Made by a program: the position numbers and the translations under genes
From: a virus
Lineage: Duplodnaviria > Caudoviricetes
DNA: 63,192 nt
Virus record (IMG/VR): IMGVR_UViG_3300031566_000027
Span: 1 to 63,192 of that record
Reading direction: 5' to 3' (one strand)
The notes under the pieces: model-generated
Told to the model about the DNA's origin: nothing
What the model saw: the letters and a program-made list of their open reading frames with translations, nothing else
Database searches by the model: none
Shown: positions 62,804-63,192 of the stretch, one piece after another
Layout: each line of letters opens with the position of its first letter
Numbering within the stretch: the stretch's first letter is position 1

Positions 62804-63192
62804 CTATGCGCTCATGGCTGTTCGCCGGCGCCGTTTCCAGTTATCTTGCCCGCGCTTTTTCTTTTTATTCCCTACCAGGCGGACCATTACATATTGAAAA
62901 GCATCGTGAATATGGCTGAATCGGTTCTTATCCGGATCGTTGAAATATTCTCCGGAGTTGGCGATCTCTTTATAATGATATCCGCCTAAGAATCCATTCA
63001 ATAGGCGGGTGCATCCAGGATCTATCAGGCATCCATCGATCCGGGCCATGATCCCATCCACTGCTTGCGTGCGTGCGGTAAAGTTCTGCTCGGAGCTCTC
63101 GACCGTTACGCCCTCCTCCTCCATTAAAAGCGCGTTGGAAGTGAATCCGCCCTCTTTTTTACTGAATTTAGCCGCGCCGGCCGGATCCCCGT
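62804..63192 (-). CDS. terL: Terminase large subunit, C-terminal nuclease end (second allele)
   Basis: DPAG...HIHDAFQY...RTAMSA; continuous with 1-1457 on circularisation. Confidence 0.93.
   Translation of the reverse strand, partial: GDPAGAAKFSKKEGGFTSNALLMEEEGVTVESSEQNFTARTQAVDGIMARIDGCLIDPGCTRLLNGFLGGYHYKEIANSGEYFNDPDKNRFSHIHDAFQYVMVRLVGNKKKKRGQDNWKRRRRTAMSA
62844..63192. repeat. Imperfect terminal direct repeat, copy 2
   Basis: Aligns to 1-349. Confidence 0.95.

Noticed and set aside
62789-62806. Read-through fusion of terL to the FN3-like gene
   Set aside because: The frames match, but the spacer has a strong GGGAGG RBS and the downstream protein starts with a signal peptide; a frame match has a 1-in-3 chance.
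22838-62989. Numerous + strand ORFs antisense to the virion genes
   Set aside because: These are shadow frames of long GC-rich minus-strand genes, without RBS or recognisable motifs.

Overview
The window appears to be one complete, circular(ly permuted) dsDNA podovirus-type phage genome of about 62,843 bp. Bases 1-349 recur at 62844-63192 as an imperfect copy inside terL. The layout resembles the Bcep22-like phages: TerS/TerL, P22-like portal, scaffold, CsrA-like gene, N4-gp56-family major capsid, tail proteins, two ejection proteins and a 6001-aa DarB-like protein. Two divergent gene blocks start from one AT-rich control region at 11297-11458. The + strand block (11459-22300) carries a PAPS-reductase-family gene, an SSAP-like gene, SbcCD, VRR-NUC and two type IV prepilin-like genes. 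The - strand block carries a Cro-like HTH, an O-like initiator with iterons, an NlpC/P60 lysin, a Tad1 homologue, holin/lipoprotein, and the packaging and virion genes. I saw no integrase, CI repressor, DNA polymerase, tRNA, CRISPR array or reverse transcriptase. Main points of interest: (1) two phage-encoded pilins, one with a 96-aa domain as its cleavable leader, both downstream of sigma-28-type promoters; (2) a TGT/DpdA-like transglycosylase domain inside the giant protein, bracketed by repeated linkers; (3) a Tat-signal protein containing a copy of a major-capsid motif; (4) a CsrA-like gene directly upstream of a GGA-hairpin capsid leader; (5) a single in-frame TAG in the portal gene; (6) an AT-rich cassette that cleanly splits a gene; (7) apparent GATC enrichment. 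All family names come from motif recognition by eye; no database search was run.
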